From the NCBI GenBank assembly GCA_034669905.1, contig JAXMOL010000034.1, forward strand, positions 1-64,000: DNA of 64,000 nt. The letters run 5' to 3'. Made by a program: the position numbers and the translations under genes. Positions 49,216 through 58,836 of this stretch are shown here, in pieces (the stretch's first letter is position 1; each line of letters begins with the position of its first letter). The stretch is from Candidatus Hydrogenedentota bacterium. GTDB taxonomy: Bacteria > Hydrogenedentota > Hydrogenedentia > Hydrogenedentales > JAEUWI01. Below the pieces are notes generated by a model. It was not told where the DNA came from, did no database searches, and saw only the letters and a list, made by a program, of their open reading frames with translations.

Positions 49216-50493
49216 ATGGCCTGCAAGGTTGGCGTAATTGGTGCCGGTACGGTTGGTGGTGGGGTGATCGAGACCCTGTTGTCAAACACCCAGGTGATCG
49301 CAGACAAGACGGGTATGGAGGTCGTGCTCACCCATGTGGCGGATCTGAACCCGGAGTTGTTGAGCGACTTTGATCTCACGGGCGTGACGGTCAGCAACGA
49401 CGCCAACGCGCTGATTAGCGATCCCAATGTGGATGTGGTCTGCGAGCTCATTGGCGGCTATGAACCGGCCCGCACGTTTATTCTTGCCGCGCTGAATAAT
49501 GGCAAGCACGTGGTGACGGCCAACAAGATGCTGCTGGCCATGGCGGGCCCCGAGCTCAACGAAGCGGCCGTGAAGAATGGCGTGGACTTGCGCTACGAGG
49601 CATCGGTGGCGGGTACCATTCCCATTATCAAGGCCATCCGTGAAAGCCTGGTTGCCAACAACATCGAGGCCGTCTACGGCATCCTGAACGGCACCTGCAA
49701 CTACATTCTCACCCACATGGAGTTGGAGAACCTGGAGTTCGATGACGCCCTCCAGCGTGCCGTTGCCCTGGGTTTTGCGGAAACGCCGCCCGATTTGGAT
49801 ATCGAAGGCCATGACACGGCCCACAAATGCCAGATTCTCGCGAGTCTCTGCTACAGTACGCCGGTCTCCCTGGACGATATCTACGTTGAAGGGGTCACGA
49901 AGATCAGCCATATTGACGTGGCTTATGCCGCAGAAGTGGGCTATCAGATTAAGCTGCTCGCCGTGGTACGCCGCGTGGATGGTGAAATCGAGGCCCGTGT
50001 CCACCCCACGCTGGTGCCCAATGACCATCTGTTGGCGGCGGTGAAGTATGAGTTCAATGCGGTTTACGTAGAGACCGATATTGCGGATGCCACCCTCTAT
50101 TACGGACGGGGTGCCGGCAAGCTTCCGACTGCCAGTGCGGTCGTCGCCGATGTGGTCGATATTGCCCGTCGCGGTGATGGTCCCGTAGAAGCCCCCTTCT
50201 GCTACAGTCACCAATTGGCCTTGCGTGATAATGGCCTCATCGAAGGGCGCTATTATCTTCGCCTGGCGACGCAGAATCATCCGGGCGTGCTGGGGGCGGT
50301 CTGCTCGATTCTGGGCAATCATGATGTCAGTATTGCTTCCTGCATTCAAAATGCCGAAGCAGAGGGCATTCCGGCTCACGTGGTACTGATGACCCATGAA
50401 ACCCGGGAATCCAACGTCAAGGCAGCCCTGGCGGAAATTGATCGCAGTGATTTTGTTGATGAGCCTACCCACATGATTCGGGTTCTCGGCTGA
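49216..50493 (+). CDS. hom: Homoserine dehydrogenase with ACT domain
   Basis: GAGTVG, VTANK, YEASV, NGTCNYIL, GAGKLPTASAV. Confidence 0.95.
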   Translation: MACKVGVIGAGTVGGGVIETLLSNTQVIADKTGMEVVLTHVADLNPELLSDFDLTGVTVSNDANALISDPNVDVVCELIGGYEPARTFILAALNNGKHVVTANKMLLAMAGPELNEAAVKNGVDLRYEASVAGTIPIIKAIRESLVANNIEAVYGILNGTCNYILTHMELENLEFDDALQRAVALGFAETPPDLDIEGHDTAHKCQILASLCYSTPVSLDDIYVEGVTKISHIDVAYAAEVGYQIKLLAVVRRVDGEIEARVHPTLVPNDHLLAAVKYEFNAVYVETDIADATLYYGRGAGKLPTASAVVADVVDIARRGDGPVEAPFCYSHQLALRDNGLIEGRYYLRLATQNHPGVLGAVCSILGNHDVSIASCIQNAEAEGIPAHVVLMTHETRESNVKAALAEIDRSDFVDEPTHMIRVLG

Positions 50494-50539
50494 GTAAAAA
50501 AATGACGGGGAATCCCCCGCGTTGAACGAAGGTAAATTC

Positions 50540-51634
50540 ATGCGCAACGAAGGTTTGATAAATCGCTACCGGGACTACATGCCCGTATCGGAAGACACCC
50601 GGATCATTACCCTGAGCGAAGGTTCCACTCCCCTCATCCCGGCTTATAATCTCAGCAAGGCCATCCACCCCAAGTTGGAAATATGGCTCAAGTATGAGGG
50701 ATTGAATCCCACGGGGTCCTTCAAGGATCGCGGGATGACCATGGCCATCACCAAGGCAGTGGAAGAAGGCTACAAGGCCGTCATGTGTGCTTCGACGGGG
50801 AATACCTCGGCTTCTGCCGCCGCCTACGCGGCCCGTGCCGGTATTCGCTGTGCGGTACTCATTCCCGAAGGAAAAATCGCCCTGGGGAAACTTTCCCAGG
50901 CCATGATTCACGGCGCCAAGGTGATTCAGATTCGGGGGAACTTCGATGAGGCCCTCACCCAGGTCCGCAAGATTTGTGAAGACAACCCCATCGCCCTCGT
51001 GAATTCCGTCAATCCTTTCCGTATTGAGGGTCAGAAGTCCGGTGCCTTTGAAATCGTCGATGATTTCGACGGTGTTGCACCCGATTTCCAGGCCATGCCC
51101 GTCGGAAATGCCGGCAATATCTCAGCCTACTGGAAGGGGTATACGGAATACCACGCCGCCGGTAAGAGTAAGAATCGTCCGGTCATGTTGGGATTCCAGG
51201 CCGCCGGCTCGGCACCCATTGTGTTGGGTCATCCTGTTGCCCAGCCCCAGACCTTTGCGACGGCCATTCGCATCGGGAATCCGGCGAGCTGGAAGACGGC
51301 CGAAGCGGCGCGAGACGAGTCGGGCGGTTTGATCGATATGGTCACCGACGATGAGATTCGGGCTGCCTACCAGAAGCTGGCCGCGACGGAAGGGGTCTTC
51401 TGTGAACCCGCCAGTGCTTCGGGAGTCGCGGGACTTATCAAGCTGTCGGCGGCGGGATACTTTGACGATAAGACGCCCGCCTATAGCGACAAGATTCGGG
51501 TGACTTGCATTCTGACGGGTCACGGCCTGAAAGATCCCGATAGCGCCATCGCCTCGGCCGAGGAGACGGTAACAGTCGATAACGATGAAGCTAAAATACT
51601 CGAGGCAATCGGCCTGGAAACGGTTGGCGCCTGA
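50540..51634 (+). CDS. thrC: Threonine synthase
   Basis: EGLNPTGSFKDRG, ASTGNTS, PVGNAGN, LTGHGLKDP. Confidence 0.95.
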   Translation: MRNEGLINRYRDYMPVSEDTRIITLSEGSTPLIPAYNLSKAIHPKLEIWLKYEGLNPTGSFKDRGMTMAITKAVEEGYKAVMCASTGNTSASAAAYAARAGIRCAVLIPEGKIALGKLSQAMIHGAKVIQIRGNFDEALTQVRKICEDNPIALVNSVNPFRIEGQKSGAFEIVDDFDGVAPDFQAMPVGNAGNISAYWKGYTEYHAAGKSKNRPVMLGFQAAGSAPIVLGHPVAQPQTFATAIRIGNPASWKTAEAARDESGGLIDMVTDDEIRAAYQKLAATEGVFCEPASASGVAGLIKLSAAGYFDDKTPAYSDKIRVTCILTGHGLKDPDSAIASAEETVTVDNDEAKILEAIGLETVGA

Positions 51635-51730
51635 TTTCGAATTCCCCTTCCCCCCTGTCCCGACGTTGTGGACCGGGGGGCGAGGGTCTCCCCCATTCAG
51701 CAGAAAATATCCCAGGAGTGTCCTTCTATT

Positions 51731-52393
51731 ATGTACGGTTTGGTTTTTGATGTGGATGGTGTCCTTGGCGACACCGAGGGTTTGAGCGTAAAAGCCACCA
51801 GCCGTATGTATGAAACCCTCTACGGTCTGAAGGTCCAGCCGGAAGAGTTTACGCCGTATATCGGCACCGGTGCAGAGGTGTATTGCATTGAGCCCGCGCG
51901 CAAGCACGGCATCGAGATTGATGTGGCCGAGGCAGTCGAATTGCGGCACCAGTACTTTTTGGAACTCCTGGAATCGGATCCGGACATTTCCTTTCCGGGA
52001 ATCCATCCCCTCATCGAGGCGACGGCCGCCGCACCCGATTGGAAACTGGGTATTGCCACCTCCAGCCCCGGGAAAAAGTCGGCCCAGACCCTGAAATCCT
52101 CACGGGTGAACACCGACTTGTTTGATGCCTGGATCCATGGCGACATGATTACCCACAAGAAGCCCCACCCCGAGATTTACGAGACGGCCGCCCGTGAACT
52201 GGGCCTTTCCCCCACCGACTGCGTGGCGGTGGAAGATGCCATTCTTGGCGTCCAGTCGGCGAAGACCGCCGGGATGAAGGTCATTGCCGTGACCAATTCC
52301 TTTACCGCCGAAGAATTGCGTGAAGCCGATGTGGTGGTCTCGTCGCTGGAAATGGTGACGTTGCAGACCGCCTTGAAGCTGCTCACGGACTGA
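51731..52393 (+). CDS. HAD-superfamily phosphatase (beta-PGM-like)
   Basis: FDVDGV, ATSS, KPHPEIY, VEDA. Confidence 0.9.
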   Translation: MYGLVFDVDGVLGDTEGLSVKATSRMYETLYGLKVQPEEFTPYIGTGAEVYCIEPARKHGIEIDVAEAVELRHQYFLELLESDPDISFPGIHPLIEATAAAPDWKLGIATSSPGKKSAQTLKSSRVNTDLFDAWIHGDMITHKKPHPEIYETAARELGLSPTDCVAVEDAILGVQSAKTAGMKVIAVTNSFTAEELREADVVVSSLEMVTLQTALKLLTD

Positions 52394-52399
52394 TTCAAC

Positions 52400-53056
52400 A
52401 TGGATGCACCAAAGGCCCATGACCTGGAAGTGATTCGGGAGCCGGTCCCGGTGGCCTATGAGGCCATATGGGCGCGTCAGCAGGCCCGTCATCAGGGCGT
52501 GGCCGAAGGGCGCTTGCCAGACACGCTCTATCTGCTGGAGCATTCCGCCGTCGTAACCATGGGGAAAGAGAGCCACGATGAAAACCTGTTGCTCTCCCCC
52601 GCGGATTTTGCGGCGCACGGTGTGGAGCTCGTGAAGACCAGCCGTGGCGGCGACGTGACCTACCATGGTCCGGGGCAATTGGTCGCCTACCCTATCCTCA
52701 ATCTGAACCACTGGAAACTTTCGGTGGGCTGGTATCTGCGCAGCCTGGAAAGTGTATTGATTGATGTGCTGGCCGACTATGGCCTTCAGGGTTCGCGCGT
52801 AGAAGGACGAACGGGGGTCTGGGTGGGGGATGCCAAAGTGGCGGCCATCGGGATTGCGTTGCGGAAGTGGACCACCCTGCACGGTATCGCGCTGAACGTA
52901 TCCCCCAACATGGATCACTTTGGATACATCATCCCCTGCGGCATTGCGGACAAGCCGGTGACTTCGCTGGCCCAACTGCTCGACACGCCTCCCCCCATCG
53001 ACGAGGTGGCGGACCGCTTTGAGGGACACTTCCGACGGCACTTCGACTGCGTCTGA
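52400..53056 (+). CDS. lipB: Octanoyltransferase
   Basis: LEH, RGGDVTYHGPGQLVAYPI, KVAAIG, HGIALNV, PCG. Confidence 0.96.
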   Translation: MDAPKAHDLEVIREPVPVAYEAIWARQQARHQGVAEGRLPDTLYLLEHSAVVTMGKESHDENLLLSPADFAAHGVELVKTSRGGDVTYHGPGQLVAYPILNLNHWKLSVGWYLRSLESVLIDVLADYGLQGSRVEGRTGVWVGDAKVAAIGIALRKWTTLHGIALNVSPNMDHFGYIIPCGIADKPVTSLAQLLDTPPPIDEVADRFEGHFRRHFDCV

Positions 53057-53166
53057 TGGGGCATTGAGTTGCGGCGAGGACTGCAAGCGATTGGCTTCAA
53101 TCAGACCGCTCGTGCAGGTAGCCCCTCCCCGTGGCCGGGATTAATCCGGTGCGTCCCATCAATTCA

Positions 53167-54210
53167 CTAACGCAGGGGGCCTTTCCCGGCACCGGTTGCC
53201 GGGGCTGCCTGTTGTTGTGCCGCCTGTTCCTGGGCCTGTTTCAGTTGTTCCAAAGTCTGTTGGATGTTGGGTTGATCGGGATTCGCTTTCAGCGAAGACT
53301 CATAGCTGCTCCGGGCCCCTGGATAGTCCCCCATCTGGAGTTGAATCGCGGCGAGAAAATTCCACTTCGCCGTGTCATCAGGGGCGAGGCGCGCTGCCCG
53401 TTGTGCCGCGAGAACCGCCTGGGGCAGGCGTGCCGCTGCGTAGAGCAGACGGGCATAGGCATCGTGATTTTCGGCCGTGTCGCTGAAGCTTCTACGGTGT
53501 TCGTCAAAGTCTACCAGCGCCAGGCGCAACTGCCGACGCAGCAGAATATCATAGGGTTGGGCCTCCTTGCCGAGGGCGGAGAGTCGCGTGCCGGCTTCCG
53601 GTATGTTGCCCCGGAAAACGTCCACAACCAATTGTCCCAATTGGGCGCGCACATTGCCGCTCTCGATGGCGAGGGCCGCCTCAAAGGCCTGATGGGCGGC
53701 CCGGGGCATGCCGCTGTCGATGTAGTAGCTCCCCAATTCATTCCACGTGGTGACCGCTTCAGCCGACTGGTCATCCCGTTCCAGCGCGTTGTAGAGGGCG
53801 TTGATTCCTTCTTCCTCGTATTTCGTGCCCATGTTGAGGAGTCCGGTCCCCCGCTCCCGCCAGAGCGCGGCGTGGTCCAGTCCATCATCCAGTGCCTTTT
53901 TCGCGAAGGCTGCTGCCAGGTCGTGGTCGCCTCTCAGGCGGACGGCCGTAATGTATCCCATCGCGTTGGCCACGTCGGGCGTATCGGCGTACTGGGTTTC
54001 GAAGGCGAGGGCGGCATCGGAGAGGGCGTCTGCCGCATTGCGCTCTTGCTGGGCATAGGTTGCGCTGTCACGATTGGCCAGGGCTTCCTGTTGCTGTGCA
54101 ATTGCCGCTTCGTAACGCTTCAAGGCTTCTCCGCCGGATACGGCAGGCTGGGCCATCGCCGGGGAAAGGGCGGCCAGCAAGAGGAGGGTCGGCAGCAGTG
54201 CGTGCCCCAT
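53167..54210 (-). CDS. Secreted TPR protein
   Basis: Signal peptide (AMA cleavage), multiple TPRs; TGATG overlap with the hflX stop. Confidence 0.8.
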   Translation of the reverse strand: MGHALLPTLLLLAALSPAMAQPAVSGGEALKRYEAAIAQQQEALANRDSATYAQQERNAADALSDAALAFETQYADTPDVANAMGYITAVRLRGDHDLAAAFAKKALDDGLDHAALWRERGTGLLNMGTKYEEEGINALYNALERDDQSAEAVTTWNELGSYYIDSGMPRAAHQAFEAALAIESGNVRAQLGQLVVDVFRGNIPEAGTRLSALGKEAQPYDILLRRQLRLALVDFDEHRRSFSDTAENHDAYARLLYAAARLPQAVLAAQRAARLAPDDTAKWNFLAAIQLQMGDYPGARSSYESSLKANPDQPNIQQTLEQLKQAQEQAAQQQAAPATGAGKGPLR

Positions 54211-55838
54211 CAGGTAACGTGTGTAAGATCTTCGGACCACAGGTCGGTCTCCATTTTGGTCAGTAGGTCAGAAAAGGAACTGCGGTCCAGGGCGCTCAGC
54301 GGAAAGCCATTAAACCGTTCGGTCAGGCCCGCGAGGGTCTCGGGATCGCACTTGTCCTGCTTGTTCAGAACACAGTAGGTGGGTTTCGTGTCCAGTTCCA
54401 ATTCGCGCAGGAGTTTCACTACGGTGTCGAACTTGTCTTCAAAGTCGGGGCATGATGCGTCAATTACATGGAGGAGCATGTCGGCATCATGAAGCTCTTC
54501 AAAGGTCGTGCGGAAGGCCGCCTTGAGCTCTTTGGGGAGTTCCCGTATGAATCCCACGGTGTCGGTGATGATAACTTCCCGCTCCTGGGGAAAACGGATA
54601 CGTCGCGATACGGGATTCAGGGTCGCGAAGAGGGCATCCTCGGCGGTCACCTGGCTGTTGGTCAGGTGATTGAGGAGGGTCGATTTACCGGCGTTGGTAT
54701 AGCCTACCACGGCGACGGTGGGTACGCCCTTCCGTTTGCGAACACCACGCCGGAGTTCTCGTCGGTCACCCAATTTACTGACTTCCCGTTCGAGCCGGGC
54801 GATACGATCGCTGGCCCGGCGTCGGTCCACTTCCAGTTTGGTTTCACCCGGACCGCGCCCACCGATTCCTCCCGTCAGACGGGAGAAGGCGGAACTCTTC
54901 ATGCCAAGGAAGGGCTGACGATAGCGCAACTGGGCGAGCTCTACCTGGAGCTTCCCTTCCCGGGTGACGGCGTGGAGGGCAAAGATATCGAGAATTACCT
55001 GGGTGCGGTCCACCACCTTGAGGTCCGTGAACTCGCTGATGCTTTTCATCTGTGACGGAGACAGGGCCATATCGAAAACGATGGTTTCGGCTCCGAGTTG
55101 CATGGCCTTGATGATGGCCGATTTGAGCTTGCCCTTACCGGTTACAAACTTGGGATCGGGATTTCGCCGCTGGATGATCTCATGGACTACCGTGATGCCG
55201 GCACTACGGGCCAGCTCTTTCAGTTCGTCGATAGAGTCCTGCGCCGCCGTATGGGGACGCCCCGAGACGTGGATAACGACGGCCCGGTCCATGTTGTCAC
55301 CGCTTTCCCGTCCCCAGCTCTGGCGGGAAAACTCGTCCTCCAGTGCACCGATGAAGGCGAGAAAGTCTTCGGGTAAGTCGTGGACCCTGGTCTTTTCCAG
55401 CAGGGTCCAGGGCTCATCCCCATCGTTGGCCGGCATGAGGTGGGCGCGGTGTACTGTGCCCGGGAGTCCCTCCGGGCCGACCTCGATGGCCGCGATACAA
55501 TCGAGTCGCAGCAGGGCCAGGTCGGTGAGATCGTCGTCATTGAGCGCTTCCTGATTCAGGTGGGTGTGCACCAGACGAAGGCCGCAGAGTCGGTTACGGC
55601 CACGGCGGTTGATGTCGGGCAGAAAGAGGGAGCGCGCATCGCCGACCACGGCGGCGGATACCCGGCCACGTCGATCAATCAAGAGCCCGATTTGCCGATT
55701 GAGCTCGCGGGACAATTCGGTGATGGCCCGGGCCAGCTCCGGGGAAATCAATTGGTCCGGGGCGACCTTGCGCTTGGAAAGTTTCTCCAACTGTTTGGTC
55801 TGATAGGCCTTGAGGCCCGATGTGTTACCGCTTAGCAG
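54210..55838 (-). CDS. hflX: GTPase HflX (long form), probable CTG start
   Basis: GGRGPGE, GYTNAGKS, LFATL, DTVGF, NKQD; N-terminal GNTSGLK lies upstream of the annotated TTG. Confidence 0.93.
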   Translation of the reverse strand: MLSGNTSGLKAYQTKQLEKLSKRKVAPDQLISPELARAITELSRELNRQIGLLIDRRGRVSAAVVGDARSLFLPDINRRGRNRLCGLRLVHTHLNQEALNDDDLTDLALLRLDCIAAIEVGPEGLPGTVHRAHLMPANDGDEPWTLLEKTRVHDLPEDFLAFIGALEDEFSRQSWGRESGDNMDRAVVIHVSGRPHTAAQDSIDELKELARSAGITVVHEIIQRRNPDPKFVTGKGKLKSAIIKAMQLGAETIVFDMALSPSQMKSISEFTDLKVVDRTQVILDIFALHAVTREGKLQVELAQLRYRQPFLGMKSSAFSRLTGGIGGRGPGETKLEVDRRRASDRIARLEREVSKLGDRRELRRGVRKRKGVPTVAVVGYTNAGKSTLLNHLTNSQVTAEDALFATLNPVSRRIRFPQEREVIITDTVGFIRELPKELKAAFRTTFEELHDADMLLHVIDASCPDFEDKFDTVVKLLRELELDTKPTYCVLNKQDKCDPETLAGLTERFNGFPLSALDRSSFSDLLTKMETDLWSEDLTHVT

Positions 55839-55980
55839 GGGATGCTACTCCTTTTGGAAACAGTTTGTCGTTAACGACCTGTCTTCGTCTATCGTACTAT
55901 GGGGACCGGACGGGGTACAACAAAAACGACCCCATCCACTAAGGATAGGGTCGTTATGCATACCAAGTACACGTAATTGA

Positions 55981-56958
55981 CTACTGGAGCATGATGCGGC
56001 GAATGATCCGCTGCGACTCCGTGGCGTCAAGGGTCTTCTGGGCTTTACGCAGTTCGGAGGTGTCCAGTTTTTCCAATTTCTTGTAGAGGATGGACAGGTT
56101 TCCGATGGCTATCTGGAGTGCGTGGGTCGGCTCGATGCGCTGGGGCAGCATGTCGACCGTAAGATAGCCTTTGTATTTGGCCGTCTTAAGATAGAAGAGG
56201 GCCTCCATGCATTCCCAGAGATTGAGGCTGCCCGGAATCATGGCGTCGTCCCACATGCGGTAGCTGTCACTGAAATACATCTGGAACAGCTTACTGGAAC
56301 GGGTCAGGAAGGCAATGGACTCGGCGGGGTTTTCGCCCGACATCATGGCGTGGGAGAAATTCAGGGCCACGCCGACGTTTTTCATGGCGATTTCCTGACA
56401 CATGGACAAGGCCTTGCCCACGGTGGCCACGGTCAAGTGCTTGCGGGGTTCACGGGGCTTGTAGGCGATCGCCACGTTGACATCAGGAGACGCATATTTG
56501 GCAATGGTCTTGATGGACGAGATGACCGTATTCCAGTGGGCCGTATAGTCCACCTGGAAGGGATAGTCGAAGCCATCGGTGTTGAGACGAAGGGTGATTT
56601 CAGTGGCACCAAGCGCACGGGCCAGATCAGCGGCTTTGCGGCCTTCGTCGATGGCCGCATTACGGGTTTTCTGGTGCTGGTGGCCGAAGCCCGCCAGAGA
56701 AAAGCGTCGGGAATGGCAGAGATTGGTGTTAACGCCGGAACACGCGAGGCCATTATCTTTCAGAAGGCGTTTCATGTCCTTCACCGGAAGATCGGAAGAA
56801 ATGTCCGTTTGGCTGACTTCGACGCCCTTCAGGCCCTTAATCTTTGCCGCAAGTGAAACCGCCTCGGTGACTTTGGGCACGTCGCGATACCCCTCCACGC
56901 AATAGCGATCAGGGTTGCTCGAAAAGACCCACAGTCCCGTGGAAAATTTTGCGGTCAT
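55981..56958 (-). CDS. Xylose-isomerase-like TIM-barrel protein with degenerate metal ligands
   Basis: DGFDYPFQ, YKPREP, GENPAE, WDD, GYLTVD family motifs. Confidence 0.82.
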   Translation of the reverse strand: MTAKFSTGLWVFSSNPDRYCVEGYRDVPKVTEAVSLAAKIKGLKGVEVSQTDISSDLPVKDMKRLLKDNGLACSGVNTNLCHSRRFSLAGFGHQHQKTRNAAIDEGRKAADLARALGATEITLRLNTDGFDYPFQVDYTAHWNTVISSIKTIAKYASPDVNVAIAYKPREPRKHLTVATVGKALSMCQEIAMKNVGVALNFSHAMMSGENPAESIAFLTRSSKLFQMYFSDSYRMWDDAMIPGSLNLWECMEALFYLKTAKYKGYLTVDMLPQRIEPTHALQIAIGNLSILYKKLEKLDTSELRKAQKTLDATESQRIIRRIMLQ

Positions 56959-57145
56959 TATTGTCTCCTATTACATACTAGTGGCCTGTCAAAAAAAATA
57001 AGGCCGGGTTGGACGTGCACTACATGTGTGACGTAATCTGGTCCTGCATGGTACGCCGAAAATGCACTTCATACCTCTTGAAAAGGGGGAAGTATCAGAG
57101 AGCGTATTCCTGTCGGGTGCAGGTCGCAGGCCATCCGTACGACGC

Positions 57146-57174
57146 ATTATAGGTGATAACTACAGGAATGTCAA
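57146..57174 (-). promoter_or_regulatory. Perfect-consensus sigma70 promoter
   Basis: TTGACA-17-TATAAT on minus strand. Confidence 0.85.
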
Positions 57175-57271
57175 CAGGTTCTATAAGCTTCCCGGCTTCC
57201 TGTTGTGTCGCCTGGGAACTGTGAAAATCACATAATACTCCTACTGTGACGCCGCCCGGCTGACGCCTCCT

Positions 57272-57400
57272 GTAAAAAATAAGAGGCGAGTGCAGGTAGC
57301 GGGGGAACTACCGTATTGCACTCGCCGGTGGTGGGAACCAGTCATTGCTGACTGATAACGTCGGGAAATCTGGGGGAAAGATTTCATGCGACGTCACCAT
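57272..57400 (-). ncRNA. Candidate small RNA with two UUCCCCC-loop hairpins and an intrinsic terminator
   Basis: Hairpin 57353-57399, GCAA-tetraloop hairpin 57341-57352, hairpin 57285-57326 followed by a U-rich tract. Confidence 0.55.
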
Positions 57401-57570
57401 AGGAAACATCCTTTTCGTGCCCGGTATTCCCGTTATGTGCCATTGAATTGAAAAAAAGTTGCCGTTGGCGTCGGAGCCGGTAAATGGACCCCTTTCGGGC
57501 CCTGGATTTCCTGCCAGGACCGGTGCTGCGTAAAAATTCCCGGGAGCCCAGCGGGACGGAGTACAGGGGG

Positions 57571-57600
57571 TTGACGCATGAAGGGGCTATGTAGCATAGT
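57571..57600 (+). promoter_or_regulatory. Putative sigma70 promoter for dprA (leaderless spacing)
   Basis: TTGACG-18-CATAGT ending 6 nt before ATG 57607. Confidence 0.45.
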
Positions 57601-57606
57601 GTCGGC

Positions 57607-58755
57607 ATGTCAATCTCCAACGCACAGCGCCAGTGGTTGACCCTGAAAATGATTCCTGGGGTAGGGACCACGCTATTTGTTCGCCTTCTGTCACGTTTTG
57701 GAACGCCTCAGGAGGTCTTGAGGGCACCCGAATCTGCCTTGCGTGACGTGGTCGGCCCCAAGTTGGCCCAGCGCATCGGGGCCTATCGGGACGTGGTTGA
57801 TGTGGAGCGTCAGATCGCCCTATTGGGCGAGTATGGTGCCGAAATCACCACCATGGACGACCCGACCTATCCCCTGCTACTCGCGGAAATCTATGACCCG
57901 CCCCTGGTGCTCTTCAGTCGCGGCATTCTGGCGGCGCCCGACGCACCCTGTGTGGCCTTGGTCGGTACGCGCAAACCTTCCTCGTACGGACTGCGGATGG
58001 CCCGGGGGCTGGCCTATGATCTGGCACTTCGGGGTATTACGGTGGTCAGCGGGATGGCGGAGGGGGTGGATACTGCGGCCCATGAGGGGGCGCTGGAGGC
58101 GGGCGGTCACACCATCGCAGTTCTTGGCTGCGGCGTGGACGTGGTATATCCTCCTCGAAACGCAGAACTCATGCATCGTATTATTCAGCAGGGCGCGGTC
58201 TATTCCTGTTTTGAAATGGGCGTCAAGCCCTCGAAGGGTCATTTCCCCTACCGAAACCGGATCATCAGCGGCCTCTCGCTGGGTACCGTCGTTGTCGAAG
58301 CACCCGTAGGCAGTGGCTCGCTGATTACCGCACGCAATGCCGCCGAACAAGGCCGGGAAGTCTATGCGGTGCCAGGCGAGGCGGGTTCCTACAACAGCCG
58401 CGGCCCCCACGCCCTGCTGCGTGAAGGGGCGAAGCTGGTGGAAAGTGCCGAGGATATCGTGGTGGAACTCAATCTGGAGGCGGCCCAGCGCCAGGCACCC
58501 GCGCGTGAGCCCCAAGTCCCCACCGTTCCGTCTCCGGAAGGGCCCGCCACCACGGTGATCGCGGCTCCCCCACGCCCCAACCTGAGCGCCACGGAGCAGG
58601 TCGTCATGGATGTGCTGCACCGGGAAGGCTCCTTCGTGGACGAGATTGCGGCGGCGGGCCGGGTCTCCGTTTCTGAAGCCTTGAGTGCCTTGACCATGCT
58701 GGAGCTCAAGGGCCTCGTTCGGCAGTTCAGCGGGAAGCGCTTTGCCCTGCGCTGA
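57607..58755 (+). CDS. dprA: DNA-processing protein DprA
   Basis: YDPP, VGTR, VSGMAEGVD, FPYRNRIISG, SGSLITA, winged-helix C-terminus. Confidence 0.96.
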   Translation: MSISNAQRQWLTLKMIPGVGTTLFVRLLSRFGTPQEVLRAPESALRDVVGPKLAQRIGAYRDVVDVERQIALLGEYGAEITTMDDPTYPLLLAEIYDPPLVLFSRGILAAPDAPCVALVGTRKPSSYGLRMARGLAYDLALRGITVVSGMAEGVDTAAHEGALEAGGHTIAVLGCGVDVVYPPRNAELMHRIIQQGAVYSCFEMGVKPSKGHFPYRNRIISGLSLGTVVVEAPVGSGSLITARNAAEQGREVYAVPGEAGSYNSRGPHALLREGAKLVESAEDIVVELNLEAAQRQAPAREPQVPTVPSPEGPATTVIAAPPRPNLSATEQVVMDVLHREGSFVDEIAAAGRVSVSEALSALTMLELKGLVRQFSGKRFALR

Positions 58756-58836
58756 CGGGATGACTTGCGGAAGATGGCGGGTGTGACGTACATTCACGAG
58801 GCTGTTGACCGCATTTCCAACCGACGGTAACTCCCG

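Noticed and set aside
56959..57140. 6S RNA
   Set aside because: Length fits, but the pairing is strongly asymmetric with no central bubble
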